From positions 2,542,001-2,606,000 of the forward strand of contig CM074814.1 in NCBI GenBank assembly GCA_037447605.1: 64,000 nucleotides of DNA, read 5' to 3'. The translations under genes and the position numbers were made by a program. The notes beneath the pieces are model-generated. The model was not told where the DNA came from. It saw only the letters and a list, made by a program, of their open reading frames with translations, and ran no database searches. This DNA is from Zygnema circumcarinatum SAG 698-1b (lineage: Eukaryota > Plantae > Zygnematophyceae). The first letter of the stretch is position 1. Each line of letters starts with the position of its first letter. Below are positions 48,992 through 64,000 of this stretch, one piece after another.

Positions 48992-50563
48992 TGGGCCACG
49001 CTGGACCTCCGCAATCTCTTCGACCAATGGGCTTGCCGGATTTTAAGAAAAAGAAAAAGGGAGGGAGAATATGAAGTTTTGAAGGTAGGAAAGAGGAGGA
49101 GAATGCACTCTGAAACAACTGGAAAATTGGGAGCCCTAAAATGGTCAAATTTTCTGAAAAGGCCCTTCTTTGACTTCATGGAGAAACCACAAACTGGGTT
49201 TGTACGAATGGCGGGAAAGCTTCTTTTTTTTGAAAGGGGTACAAATAAGGTTACATCATCACGCGGTTGTGGATACCTCCTACTCTAAAATCGCAAAAAA
49301 AAATCGTTTCCACCAATCAGGAGTCGCCGCAGCTTTAAATAAGTTGCAAATTCCAAAATTGGCGGACATTTGATTGGCGGCGACTCTGTCCTCTTCACAG
49401 GTCGGACCATTGGACCAACTGTTGGACTGGCTGCCAACCATTGGCGCTGGATCGAAGCAACCATTTCGAATGGTTCGGAACCAGCGGATGCCAATGGTTG
49501 GCAACCATTCGACTGAATGCCAACCACGAGACGTCCAACCATTGCTATCCAATAGTTGGTTGTCGAATGGTTGCCGATCCCCTGGTCCGACCTGTGCAAC
49601 TCTTGGCGGGTACCTTCGCGACAAGATTTGGATTGACCGTCCAGCTCCCCTCACGGTACAACCGCCTAAAACGACAAAATATCCCCGCCCCGTTGCGCAG
49701 GCCTTATCCGTACGGGTCCTTCGGAAGGGTTACATGAGGCACTTCCTGATTGGCTCCGGCGGCCGTTGTCAAAGGTCAACGCCTAGATTGGACACCCTTG
49801 TAAAAACTTTTGGTTTTCTATGGTCCTTTTGGCACCGCCCTACGAAACAAAAAAGCCGTACGGTTCTGAAAAAAAGCGAGCATCGTTTGTCCCCATGTGA
49901 CCATGTCCGTCCGCGTTCCTGACCGTATTTGGAGCCACTTGTCCCCTAACCGTACGGACGTTGGGAGCTTCCGAGCAAAGAGCAGGGCGCCCGGGCCCGA
50001 ACAGCTCTGCGTCCTGACCAATCGTCGCAAGTGCAAAAAAATGCGGCCAACCAGTAACATGCCAAATTGGTGACGTGGCATAAAATATGATGACGTGGTT
50101 ACATGTGATTGGTTCTACTAGTTTTTATAAAAAAATAGAATATTCCAAACCGTAAACTAGTTTCTTAGTTCGTGACACGGCATATTAAACGACGTCACCA
50201 GGTTGCAAAAAAATGGTCATGCTCTGCCTATCTGACGTCACTGAGTAGTGCCACTAGTCCGATAGTGGCGATACGATATCTAATATATTTAGGCCTTCCG
50301 TATCGTCCTGTGTCCTTTCTGTACGTCCAAACTTTTGAGATCTAACGTCCAAAGACCAAGTTTTTTCCGGAACCTCTCCAATAGGGTTGCGCCACGTGTA
50401 AAGATATATACACGTGGCGCGTTCGCATTGGTTTGTGGTCAACAAGGGGCGGTGGGGTCGCCCTACAGAGCCTTGCAGGGGAGGGGGAGGGAGAGGGAGA
50501 GGGAGTGGGAGTGGGAGAGGGAGAGGGAGGGGAGGCTGCTGAAAGCTGGCACGGCTGGCTGCA

Positions 50564-53500
50564 ATGGCGGGACCTCGAGCAGGTATTGGGGGCTCTTTGC
50601 TTGCAATATCAGGTTCTGAATCTGCTTTACTGACACGTATGGTTCTACAAAACATGTGAAAATCAGGTTCAGGAATACTTGCAGTATGTGAGTTAGGGTT
50701 AAGGTAAGGTAGAGTGATGGAGAGAGAGATAGGCTTCAGATTAGGGTTAGGGTGAATTCCTCTTAGTCATAATCAAGGTTAAGTAGGGATAGAGCTAGGT
50801 TTATCTGAACGAGCATGGAATACGGATACGAGATACGAGAGATACGGATACGAGATACGAGATACGAGATACTAAGATGCTACTAGATGCTGAGATACGG
50901 TTTGATGTTGCAGGTTTGAAGGACTGTTGTATCTCAGATAACGTATATATGCGTCTGTAATAATGTATTCTATCTCAGTATTTCGGTATTGAGTGAGGAT
51001 TCGTATGAGGTGGTCAATGTTTGGTAGAAAAGTTAAAGTTCAAATCGTCAAATGCGAGGAAGCACTGCAAAGCTTTACTTTAAAATGAGTGGTCAGCCAG
51101 ATTTTGTCTAAGATTCTGCTTTTCTTCTGGACAGGAAGGAAGGAGGCATTTGAAATGAATTATGAAGCCTTTGTGAGTGTTGCAGGGAAGTGTACCGATA
51201 GACAAAAGAAAGTGTATGTAAGGTTGTCAGGGTCGAAGTGAAATGGAGTGTAAGGGATACGATTGTGTTTCCTATTGTGTTATTAATATTAATTTTTCAC
51301 CTTGCGGAGGGTTTTACGGAGCCAGAGGGATGAAGCAGGAGGAAGGGACTGTTTCGAATGCATGAATGCTGCAACTTTTTATATGTGAAGGCTCGTTTGC
51401 CGAGCGTTGACCTAATGATGCATGGGGGCTCATGCTCTCTCCTTCTTCCTATCAATTCCTGCCCTGCTGCTCGATCTGCAGAGAATAACCATCTGATTCT
51501 CCGTCCCGAGCGTGTTTAGGCTACTGCCCGAGTAAACATCATTTGTTCATTTGTGATTGTGCCAACTGGTGGACACATGATCATTCTGATTGGAATTGGT
51601 TTATCTTTTTTTGTGCGCGCAGACCCCATAGGTATAAAGCAGTTGCTTGAAGAAGCGAAGACGCGCTGGCTCCGGCCTTTAGAGCTTTTGAACATTTTGC
51701 AGAACTATCAGGCTTATGATTTTGGACTGAACTTGGAACCGCCAGTCAAGCCAGAAGGTGAGTGCCCAATCAAATATTTTTAGAACGAAGTCTAAGAATG
51801 CCTTTTGACATTTCAACGTTTCAATCACATTGCAACTTTGCAATGTGCAAGTCCTTTGTACCATAATGTCGGTGAGATGTAAAGCAGAGAGCTTCAAACG
51901 AAGTGCTTTGTGAGCATTCAGCTGAGTTGGACTGAGATTCTTGAAGCAAAATCAAGATTGATTCGTTGACTTCTTTTGCTGTGTTCGTGTCATACTCTTC
52001 TGCCCTTTTGTTTATTTCAAAAGTTACGAAGTATGAAGGTGGATCCTGCCTTTTTGCAGGTGGATCTCTTTATCTCTTTGATCGGAGGGTGGTCCGATAC
52101 TTCCGCAGAGATGGGCACAACTGGCGGAAAAAGCCGGACGGGAAAACGGTGAAGGAGGCTCATGAGAAACTCAAGGTATAAGGGTATAGGGATCGGAGAA
52201 TATTGCATGTTATTCGACAATTTCTGATGACTTCCCAAACATATATTTTAGGCTTGCATGGAAAAAAGGAGAATTAGTTATCTGTTAAAGACCAAAGAAC
52301 ATAAAAAGCTCAAAGAGACTTAGCCAGCTTTCACCCATTTCCTGCCTTCAAAAGAAGTTAGGAGTGGGTAACCTGTTGTTCCCTCTCTAGTCGCGGCATC
52401 TGCAGATTTCTGTTCAATTAGAAAAAAACGGTCTATGTTTTTGAAAAACTGTTACGATAATTTCGTGCGCAGAATTTTGCCGCATACGCAAAATCTTTCT
52501 ATTTTTGAATGAAGTTCTGTCCATGGTGGAACTTTTAGGAAGGTTTGTTTAACACGTTGTCTTGGGCATTCTTTCGCAGGTCGGAAATAGGGACACTCTG
52601 CATTGCTATTACGCTCATTCAGAGGACAATGATAGGTTCCGAAGGCGTGTTTATTGGCTGCTGGAAGGGTTAGTCTTCTTTCACTTGCTTCCCCTGCCTC
52701 CCCTCCCTCCCCTCCCTCCCCTCCCTCCCCTCCCCCTCCCTCCCTCCCTCCCTCCCTCCCTCCCTCCCTCCCGCCCCTCCCGCCCCTCCCTCCCCTCCCT
52801 TCCCTCCCTCCCTCCCTCCCTCCCTCCCCTCCCTTCCCTCCCTCCCTCCTTCCCTCCCTCCCCTCCCTTCCCTCCCTCCCTCCCTCTGATTGTTTCTGCA
52901 TTAACTTTGTTGTGGCGTAGATCAGAGTCAGAGCGACCTTGGACTTTTTTTTCTTACCAATCAAGGGCCCTTGCGTTTGCATTCTTTCAGGCCTTTGGAG
53001 AACATTGTGCTGGTCCACTATCTAGTGGTTGAAGAGGTACGAAAATACTAAACTTGGTTTTGACCTTTGGAAGGATTTTCCAGCACATACCGCCTTAGCG
53101 TCAGTTTTGGAGCATCTATGTTGATTATTTTCTTCCTTACGAAAACCCGAACCCAGGTGTAGCATGATGTGATGTTGTCGATAGTGAAGTCAGATACGTT
53201 TTTCCTTTACTTAAGTCAATGCTGAGATGCCCTCAAGGTCCGCTGACTATGGTATGGGAGCACTCCCCTCTCCACTCAAAAGGGATGTAAAGATTGCTCA
53301 TCAATTCTGCGAACCCATCATCATCTCTGATCAGCAATGTGATGCGGAGGAATCAAAGGCTTGGGCTCTTTTTAACTTCTCTTGACGATGAAGCTTCATA
53401 CCCTCCTACTACAACATTGGCATAGAACGTGATTAGCATTTGCAGTGAGTTCTGACTCACCCGTGGGTGACATTTGCATGTCCATGTAACAGGGAACACG

Positions 53501-56500
53501 ATGCCGTTTCCGTATACCGGTGGGGGGGGGGAGGGAACCCGATCCCATACAAGACTCTGAGAATGATAGCGATAGCGATGGGCTGAAATCAGAAGCAGGC
53601 TCTGCCTCAGTACTCTACGAAGGGTTGGTTGAAAATGGGCATTCAAGGAGCGATCTATTCTCACATCCTCTAGGCATTCATAGCAATGTAAAGACTGAAA
53701 TGGAGTGGCCAGCTCATACTCAGCATCATCGGCAAGGGTCGAACGAGGGGATTCTTCCCAGCTTCCAAGAGTTGCTGAATGAAGAAGGTGAGTGTTTGAT
53801 TGGTTTTCGGGGTAGAAAATTGCTGCTGCACCGCATGGAATTTCTGCAGATATAACTTCAATGGCATCTGAACCGTACAACTGTCCCTTTTTCATTCCAC
53901 AAGTTTCAGAAATATAGCATGCTCTCTTTCTCACAATCATTTTTTTTCTCTTCGGCCAAATCAGGCCAGACAAGTGCTGGAAGATCTTCATTCTTCAGTA
54001 CTTCCTACAGCGGCAGTCAAATTCTTGAGAACTCAGTCAGACCTAATATGAACGGTAATTGGAACGGGACATTTCCGGAACATCAAAATCAAAGTCAAAA
54101 TCCTGAAGACCTGTCTGAATGGCGGACTCCCTCCATTCCAGTGCAGTTTTCATGGCCGGGTGTGCCCCTATCAGAAAGTGCAACCATGGCAGATAGAGAA
54201 CTGCAACGTTCTTTGGGTTCGAGAATTTACTTGGAGGAAAGCTCAAATCTAGGGAGTTCCGGAAAAGTGAGCGGACTGATGTCCGAGAAAGAGGACGGAA
54301 TATCTCTAAACGAAGTTGAAGTAAGCAGCTTTAGATTCATCATATTACTATTATTTTTTTTTTCTTATGATGATGATGTTGGAAAGTAAGTCATGATGCT
54401 GAGACATTTATATGCAGTGACTGTGGAAAATTGTGGGAATGACATTGATTTCAACGTACATGTAGAGCTCTATTGGCAGCTTAAGTTAAGTCTTTCTTGG
54501 GTGCTGTAGCGCTATCTTTTGTTGCAAAAGTTAGATTGCCTCTTGTGGTTGGTGATGTGTCTATGAGTTTCTCCTATTGATGGGATATTTCTTCCTATGT
54601 TTTTGGAAGCAGCCCGAACCAACATCTGCTCACAGCTTAGCCGGAGGGGTTCACCCTGAAAGCCACAGAACTTTGCTGGTAATCTTCCAGTTCCTTGTCC
54701 ATCCGTCACAGGGCTGCAATAACAAATGAATGCTTGTTTCAAATAGGTTTTGCTTGCTGTCAGTTTTGAATTGAGGGGTAGATTTCAGACATCGACTAAA
54801 ACCTTATTCAACTTTAGCTTACTTGGATTTGACAAGAGAAGGGATGTCATGTTGGAGTCTGTTTCAATGGCTCGCTGACTGCCAGAAGTCTTGTGGGAAT
54901 TTGAACATTTGTTGAAGATTTTTGTAAACTAAGTATGCACCTAAGGTGTTGTTTTAAGATATTTAGGGTGGAAATGTGGTGCGCTTTTTCAAATTTTTTT
55001 TGGAGGCTAGAAGGGTTCCCAGTCTTAAACTTTTCTGTATAGAATTTGTCCTCAGTTTTGTGGATCATGTTGAGATCTTGTCATAGCAATGGCCTTTCAC
55101 TAGTTTTAAACCTTGCAGAGTGAGAATTATGCGGTTCCATTTCACGAGCAGTATAATCCAGCTGCTTTCTGCCATTTCTAATGTGTAACATCCTTATATC
55201 TGCTCCTGAAGCTTGTTAATGTTTTTTCCTACAATGCAGACTGGTTTTGATGATCTTAAAGAGGTGGTCTCAAGAGAGGACCCCCAATTGTTTGATCTTT
55301 CTATCCCCGTTGACCCTATAGATATCGTCACAGATGTCGGAGATCCGTACTCTTACATTCATTTCACCGTAGATCACGTATTGGAAGAAATGCGATCCAC
55401 TTCGCTTGGAAAATGCAGCAGTAGGGGCAACAATGTTAATAATCTGGAAAATTTTCCGGACATTGCAATGCGCGACAGTTTTGGAGACTGGTCGGTGGAA
55501 AGAAATGGAGGAGATCAACCCCAAATGGTGGAATCCAAAAGCGTGAGAGCAAGCTTGTTATCAAGGAGACCAAAAGAAAATTATATGGAGGAGCCCTCAG
55601 AAATAGTGTTCAATGTTGCTGATTTTGTGCCCCCTACATGTTCAACAAAGGGGGGGACTAAGGTACGTACTTGCATTTCCCTCATAGACTGAAGCAGATT
55701 TGGCTTATTAGAATTTCTGGGTGATCATTGTTTTGTTTAACTTAGAGAAGAAGAGAAGAAGAGAAGGAAAGTCAGAGAGAGTCAGAGAGAAGTTCAAGAA
55801 GTCAGAAAATTCCTGCGATTTCTTGTGAATGACTGCTGTCCAGATTCTCCTTTGCAGATCATAATAGTGGGGACAACAGAAACCGACGAAAGCAGAAGAT
55901 GGGGTGTTCTATTCGATAATGTGGAAGTTTCCGCTACAGTTGTACGGCCGGGGGTTCTATGCTGCATTGCCCCGCCCCATGTAGAGGGCAAAGTAACGTT
56001 CGCTGTAACAGCATTTGACGAAAAACCGTGCAGTAAACTCTTACAAATGGAGTATTCAAATTTCCCGACTTCACCCACAGAGGCAGCAGATGCTGAGAGA
56101 AATGAGTTCGAACAGAACCTGCAAATCCGATTGGTCCGTTTGCTTCTGCATTCCCAAGAAACTGAAACTGTAACTGGAATTAAAAGCATGGAAGATGAAG
56201 AAGAATGGCTATGGCTTGAAAAATTGGTCCAAGAAGAAGCTCGTCCAAGAAGTCTTGTGCAGGAGCAGCTCCTTATGATGCTACTCCGCCGCCAGCTGGC
56301 AGTATGGACACGTGGACCAATGGCAGAGGAGCGAATCCGGCGTTTGGATGATTGTGGGCTTGGGGCCATTCACATGGTTTCGGCTCTCGGATATGCTTGG
56401 GCAATTCCTCTCCTTACTGGGATGGTGGGAGATGTAGACTTGCTGGATAATGGAGGGAGAACAGCGCTGCATTGGGCTGCAGCTTGTGGGAGGTACGCTT

Positions 56501-58378
56501 TTGGGTTTTTCAAAACTAGGGTTTTTATGCTTGTTTTGTGCTAGTAATGTCTATTTAAGTTACTATTCAAATTTAGGCCTATGAAGTTCGTGCATATTGT
56601 TATATTATTATTATCATTTTGGTTTTGTGTTTTGTATGGATTAGGTTTTGAGCTGTAAGGGGGGAATAAGAAGGAGAAGGAATTTCAATTTCAATTCTTG
56701 TGTAACACTGTCATCACTCTGCTGAGCTGCAAAAAGTTGCTTTGTAATGTTGTTCACCTTGTTAACAATAAACTTCGAACTTGACTCACACTAGAGGTCG
56801 AGTTCTATCTACCGCTCACAATAAAACGACAGTGGAATTGATTGTGAAAGGGGGAAGGAACAGACCATGCTTACCTTTCTTCCCTTGACTATACTCTGTT
56901 TTTCCTCTCTTCCTCCTACACAGACTGCAGCATGCAAAAGGTAGTTTAGTGGAACTATCCTTTGTTGAAAATTTTCATCTCTAATGTATGCTGGAAATCG
57001 ATCTCCTGTGAATGCAGAGAGCAAGTAGTAGTGAAACTTTTAGCGGCCGGAGCTTCCCCTGCGTTAGTGGCACACCCCAAAATGGACCAGCCGGGAGGGG
57101 CTACTCCTGCAGATTTAGCAGCAGGGAGTGGGCACAAAGGGATAGCAGCATACTTAGCCAAAATTGCTCTAAATAGGAGCTTTTCTTCAATGTCTCTTCA
57201 GGAGCCGGAGTTGACTAAGCAGGTGATGGCTAAAGCTAAAGCTCTGAAAGCAGAACCGGCTGTTAGTAGTCTTGTAAAAGCTGATAAGTCTGTTCCTCGA
57301 ATAGCAAGTGAGTTAGACTTTCACATCAGGAGAATTGCGGAATTGACGGCTCACAAAGCAAGTCTGATTAAGGCTGCTTTCCAAGTGTTCTCTTTGAGGA
57401 GGAGAGGAGTAGCCAAAATAGTTGTTAAGCAGGAGAAGGAGGTGGAGGCAAACGATGAGTTTGGGCTCACGGAGGAGGAAATGATGACTATTGCATCTAT
57501 GAGGAAGGTTCCGGCTACTCCGAGTCAGCTTCTGCATGATTCTGCAAGAAATATACAACGACAATATCGAGGATGGAAGGGCAGAAAGAATTTTCTGGAA
57601 ATTCGACGAAGGATTATTCAGATACAGGTATTTGAAACCCTTCAGAAATGAGTTTTTGGTTCTCTTCTGACTTGCAAACTACTTCTGCCTTTCCTCTGTG
57701 GATGATCAATGAAACTACTAGGTTTCAGGTTTAAGTTTGTTCTCAGCGAATCTTCCTCCATCCCTTATTTTTCTTAAGGGGAGCTCTAAAACCCATATAA
57801 ACCCCAATCTTCGTTGTGGTGGGTTTTGGAAACAGGCACATGTGAAGGGTCACTTAGTCCGAAAGCACTACAACAAGCTCCGTTGGGCCATTGGTATTTT
57901 GGAAAAAGTGATTCTTCGTTGGAGAAGAAAGAGACAAGGATTACGCTTTCTTGACCATTTACCTGATCGAGGAATGCCCGCTGAAGTTCGCGGAACTTTA
58001 GTGGTACAGAGAGTAAGCCCAGAGGAGATACCGCGAAACCCACCTATTCCTGATAGGCTCGATGAGAAGTGGAGAGATGTGGGGGGAAAGAATGCAGGGT
58101 TGGAAACGGCTGTAGAAAGGATGAAGGAATTGCTGAATTCGGCGAGTGGAAAAGCGCAGTACACGAGACTTTGTCATGAAGAGGTTTTGGTTCAGGTAAT
58201 GTTGCCAACCCTATTGCCTTGAAAACTGAGGAGTCTCTATGCATCAAAATGTACAAAGGTAGGTAAGATAAGACGTAAGCTGAGCTATTTGGTAAGCTAA
58301 GCTAAGCTATGAGTGTTTTGGGTAGTGGATTCTGCTCAGGATGACCTGCAGGCACTACTGGAAATAGGGGAGAATTAG
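50564..58378 (+). CDS. CAMTA: Calmodulin-binding transcription activator (CG-1, TIG, ankyrin, IQ, CaM-binding domain)
   Basis: Exons 50564-50582 (tentative), 51623-51757, 52060-52175, 52580-52668, 52991-53036, 53493-53787, 53965-54320, 55240-55662, 55858-56492, 57018-57627, 57836-58195 and 58340-58378. CG-1: EAKTRWLRP, LFDRRVVRYFRRDGHNWRKKPDGKTVKEAHEKLKVG, LHCYYAH, IVLVHY. TIG: VRPGVLCCIAPPH. ANK: GRTALHWAAACGRE, TPADLA..GHKGIAAYLA. IQ: IQRQYRGWKGRK, IQAHVKGHLVRK. CaMBD: WAIGILEKVILRWRRKRQGLR. Confidence 0.95.
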
Positions 58379-60231
58379 TGAGTGCAGGTAAGTTGGGCTT
58401 TGGATGGAATGCTAAGAAGAGGAATGGAACTGCATGTTCCTTAAATGTGTATCTACTTTTGGTTAGAGGGGGAGAAGAAGAGGAGGGCGGGGGGGAAGGG
58501 GGGAGGGGGAGGGCGGAGGGGTGTGGGGAAAGAGGGAGAGAGGAAGAAGGGGGGAGTTGGGAGAGGAGAAACTGTCATCGTTGAGACGAGAATGGGCTTC
58601 TCATGGTCGGTCTCTCTGTTCCTGAGAGGGTGCAGGCAGAGCAACGTAAAGAGTTTGACATCTTATCAGAGTGACTTTTGCGGTGGACCTTCGTGACTTC
58701 CGTTAAATTGTTATTCTGACTGACGACGTATATCTGTAATAGACAACAGCGCTGAATCATTCTAAGCAGGGAACATGACAACAAGCTAGGGAGCTTGAGT
58801 ATTCTCTTCAGCCACATGTACATAGGAGGCACATATCAACTTCCTTACTTCGGCGGTGTATCGTCATCTTTTGATGCTTGTAATTACTATACTCTTCTCT
58901 CCTCTCTCCTCTCTCCTCTCTCCTTGCCGTTGCGTCAGGGGCGGTGGGAGGAGGAAAGGCTTTACGATCAACCTTCATCTAGGACTCACTCTTGGTTATT
59001 TTCTCGACCTCATTTTTGTTTGTTTACCATTGTGTGCGTCTCGGAGGTCTGTTAGATAGCAGGGGTTTTTGTTTGAACGGGGAGTTCGGAAAGGAAAAAA
59101 AGAGGGTGGGTCTTCTTTATACTCCTCAGAAGAAGCCTCCCAGTAGTATAGTTCGGCGCAGCTTTGACTCTCTTCCAAATAATTGCTCCTAGCGGCAAAA
59201 GCTTAGTGACAGTGCCATCTGTGTGGGGGAAGTGGCCTCTCTCTTAAAAGGCTTCGGAAAGAGCGCAGTAAAATTTAATCACGGTCTGTCTGCCTAGATT
59301 CTGAACTTCTAGACTTACTAGTGGTTTCCTCGAGGGATTCTCTGGGACTCTTAAATAAGTGGGATAAGTACCGCCTTGACAGTAGGCTCTTGGCAACAGA
59401 CACTTCATAATCAATGGCGGCCTTGCTGTGAGAGAGGCCTTGGCATTTCCATGTTCAGCTTAGCATGTTGCACGTTCTATGTTCCATGTTCTATGAATTC
59501 ATGTTATATGCGTCTTCTTGCATGCCGCATGTTCTATGGTTCCATGTCCCATTTTCATTTCCACGACACAAAGATACCACGCTCAACTTGAAGCTCGAGA
59601 AACCAACAACAACAACAACAACAACAAGACGACATTTGTGACTTGAGAATGCGAATTCATATTAGCTGATAATAATCCAATCGTCGAATTTCGATCCTCG
59701 CCTTTGTCAATTAGAAGCTCCCAACGGCTACTTAGCTGCAATGCTACACACCGACGATGAATAGACAATTAATTAATTAAGTAAATTCTTCATCATTGGA
59801 AATATCAACGAAGGGAGGTGTGGCATTGGCCTCACGATTGCGATGCCATCAAACGTACTTGTTCGATCATGGTCTTTTTCGCCCTCTATGTACGGCACAA
59901 TGCCCTTCTGAGGCGGTCCATTCGATACTACACACTGTTCACAGGAACTGGCAGTTCTCAGTTCAGTTCGCAATTCAGCCCTCAGTTCAGTTCGCAGTTC
60001 GGTTTCCAGTTCAGTTCTTAGTTCAGTTCTCAAGTCCGCTATTTACAGCAACTGTATTTTCGACCTAAAGTTTTTTCAACACTGGCCCAAAGCCGTCCGT
60101 CCGTCCGTGACTTGGCAGAGGTTGGGAGCCCTCCAGTCACTAATACCGGCGGTAAATTGAGAGCAGTTTTCGTAGAAAAAAAAGGAAAAAAAATAGAAAG
60201 TTGCTGTTGTGGATACTCCTTCCGCTTCCAC

Positions 60232-63310
<3,079 letters not shown>

Positions 63311-64000
63311 GGAAGGAGAGAGAGAGAGAGAGGGAGAGAGAGAGAGAGTGAGAGAGAGAGAGAGGAGAGGAGAGAGGTAGAGCAAGAGAGAGAGAGAGAG
63401 ACACAGAGACAGACAGACAGACAGACAGACACACACACACACACGAATAACCGTCGTTTTCAAATTACCTACGGGCAAGGTCAATGTTTGACTTAGAACG
63501 TGGACTGGAAATTGTTTTTAACCAGTCAAATGCCCCCACGTGTCCCCTTGACTATTTGCTTGACGTCACCTGGCACCCTGCTTCGCGCGTCCGCGGACCG
63601 CCGGCCGAGGTCGCATGCAATGCGTGACTCGGGAAGGCTTCGCTTCATTTATTTATGGTAAAGCGTACTATCTTTGACTCCGCGCTTCGTGGAACCGGAA
63701 CCTATGGAATTGCGCCACGTGGCAAATGTAAGTACAGCTACAGTTCGAAGTTACCACGTTGCAGCCCAGTGTCCACGGTGGCGTCGGCCTCGGGCGGCAG
63801 CAACGACCTGAAACGAGTCGTCTGCCCATAGGGATGGCCGGCTGTACGGAAATTAGAATTTATTACAGTACTATAAAAAGGAAACTGATAAATGCACGTC
63901 GCTTTTGGATCGATACACTTCTATTCACCGGGAACATTTTTAAATCCGCGCCCCAATTTTTTTTTTTGAGTGAAAAAAATATCGGCCTGCCCGAATCCTC

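Noticed and set aside
49280-50081. 104-182-aa ORFs in the ACS-CAMTA intergenic region
   Set aside because: No motifs; they overlap CCAACC-rich repeat-like DNA and occur on both strands, consistent with chance ORFs.

Overview
Intron-rich eukaryotic nuclear DNA of plant lineage. Land-plant gene families combined with very GA/CT-rich introns suggest a streptophyte alga such as a zygnematophyte (inference). There are three N gaps: 9630-9729, 44644-44653 and 63158-63167. Eight protein-coding loci were reconstructed by eye with GT-AG boundaries: a SAC/FIG4-type phosphoinositide phosphatase (5' half only, ending at the gap), an XXT-type GT34 xylosyltransferase, two SUB1/O-fucosyltransferase-like paralogs, a secreted LRR protein built from a tandem array of 72-nt exons, a GT37 fucosyltransferase, an ACC-synthase-like PLP enzyme and a CAMTA transcription factor. 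The first 19.7 kb hold a triple-nested transposon complex: a Mutator-like element containing a Ty1/copia element, whose 3' LTR is interrupted by a chromovirus. Its target-site duplications and LTR halves only fit together if block 1-9629 is reverse-complemented, so this block is probably a mis-oriented contig or a real inversion. The most interesting biology is the recently amplified, surface-variable LRR exon array, the local concentration of cell-wall glycosyltransferase genes, and the ACS-like enzyme with substitutions at SAM-specificity positions. No prokaryotic features, CRISPR arrays, rRNA or tRNA genes were found. All assignments come from motif recognition; no database search was run.
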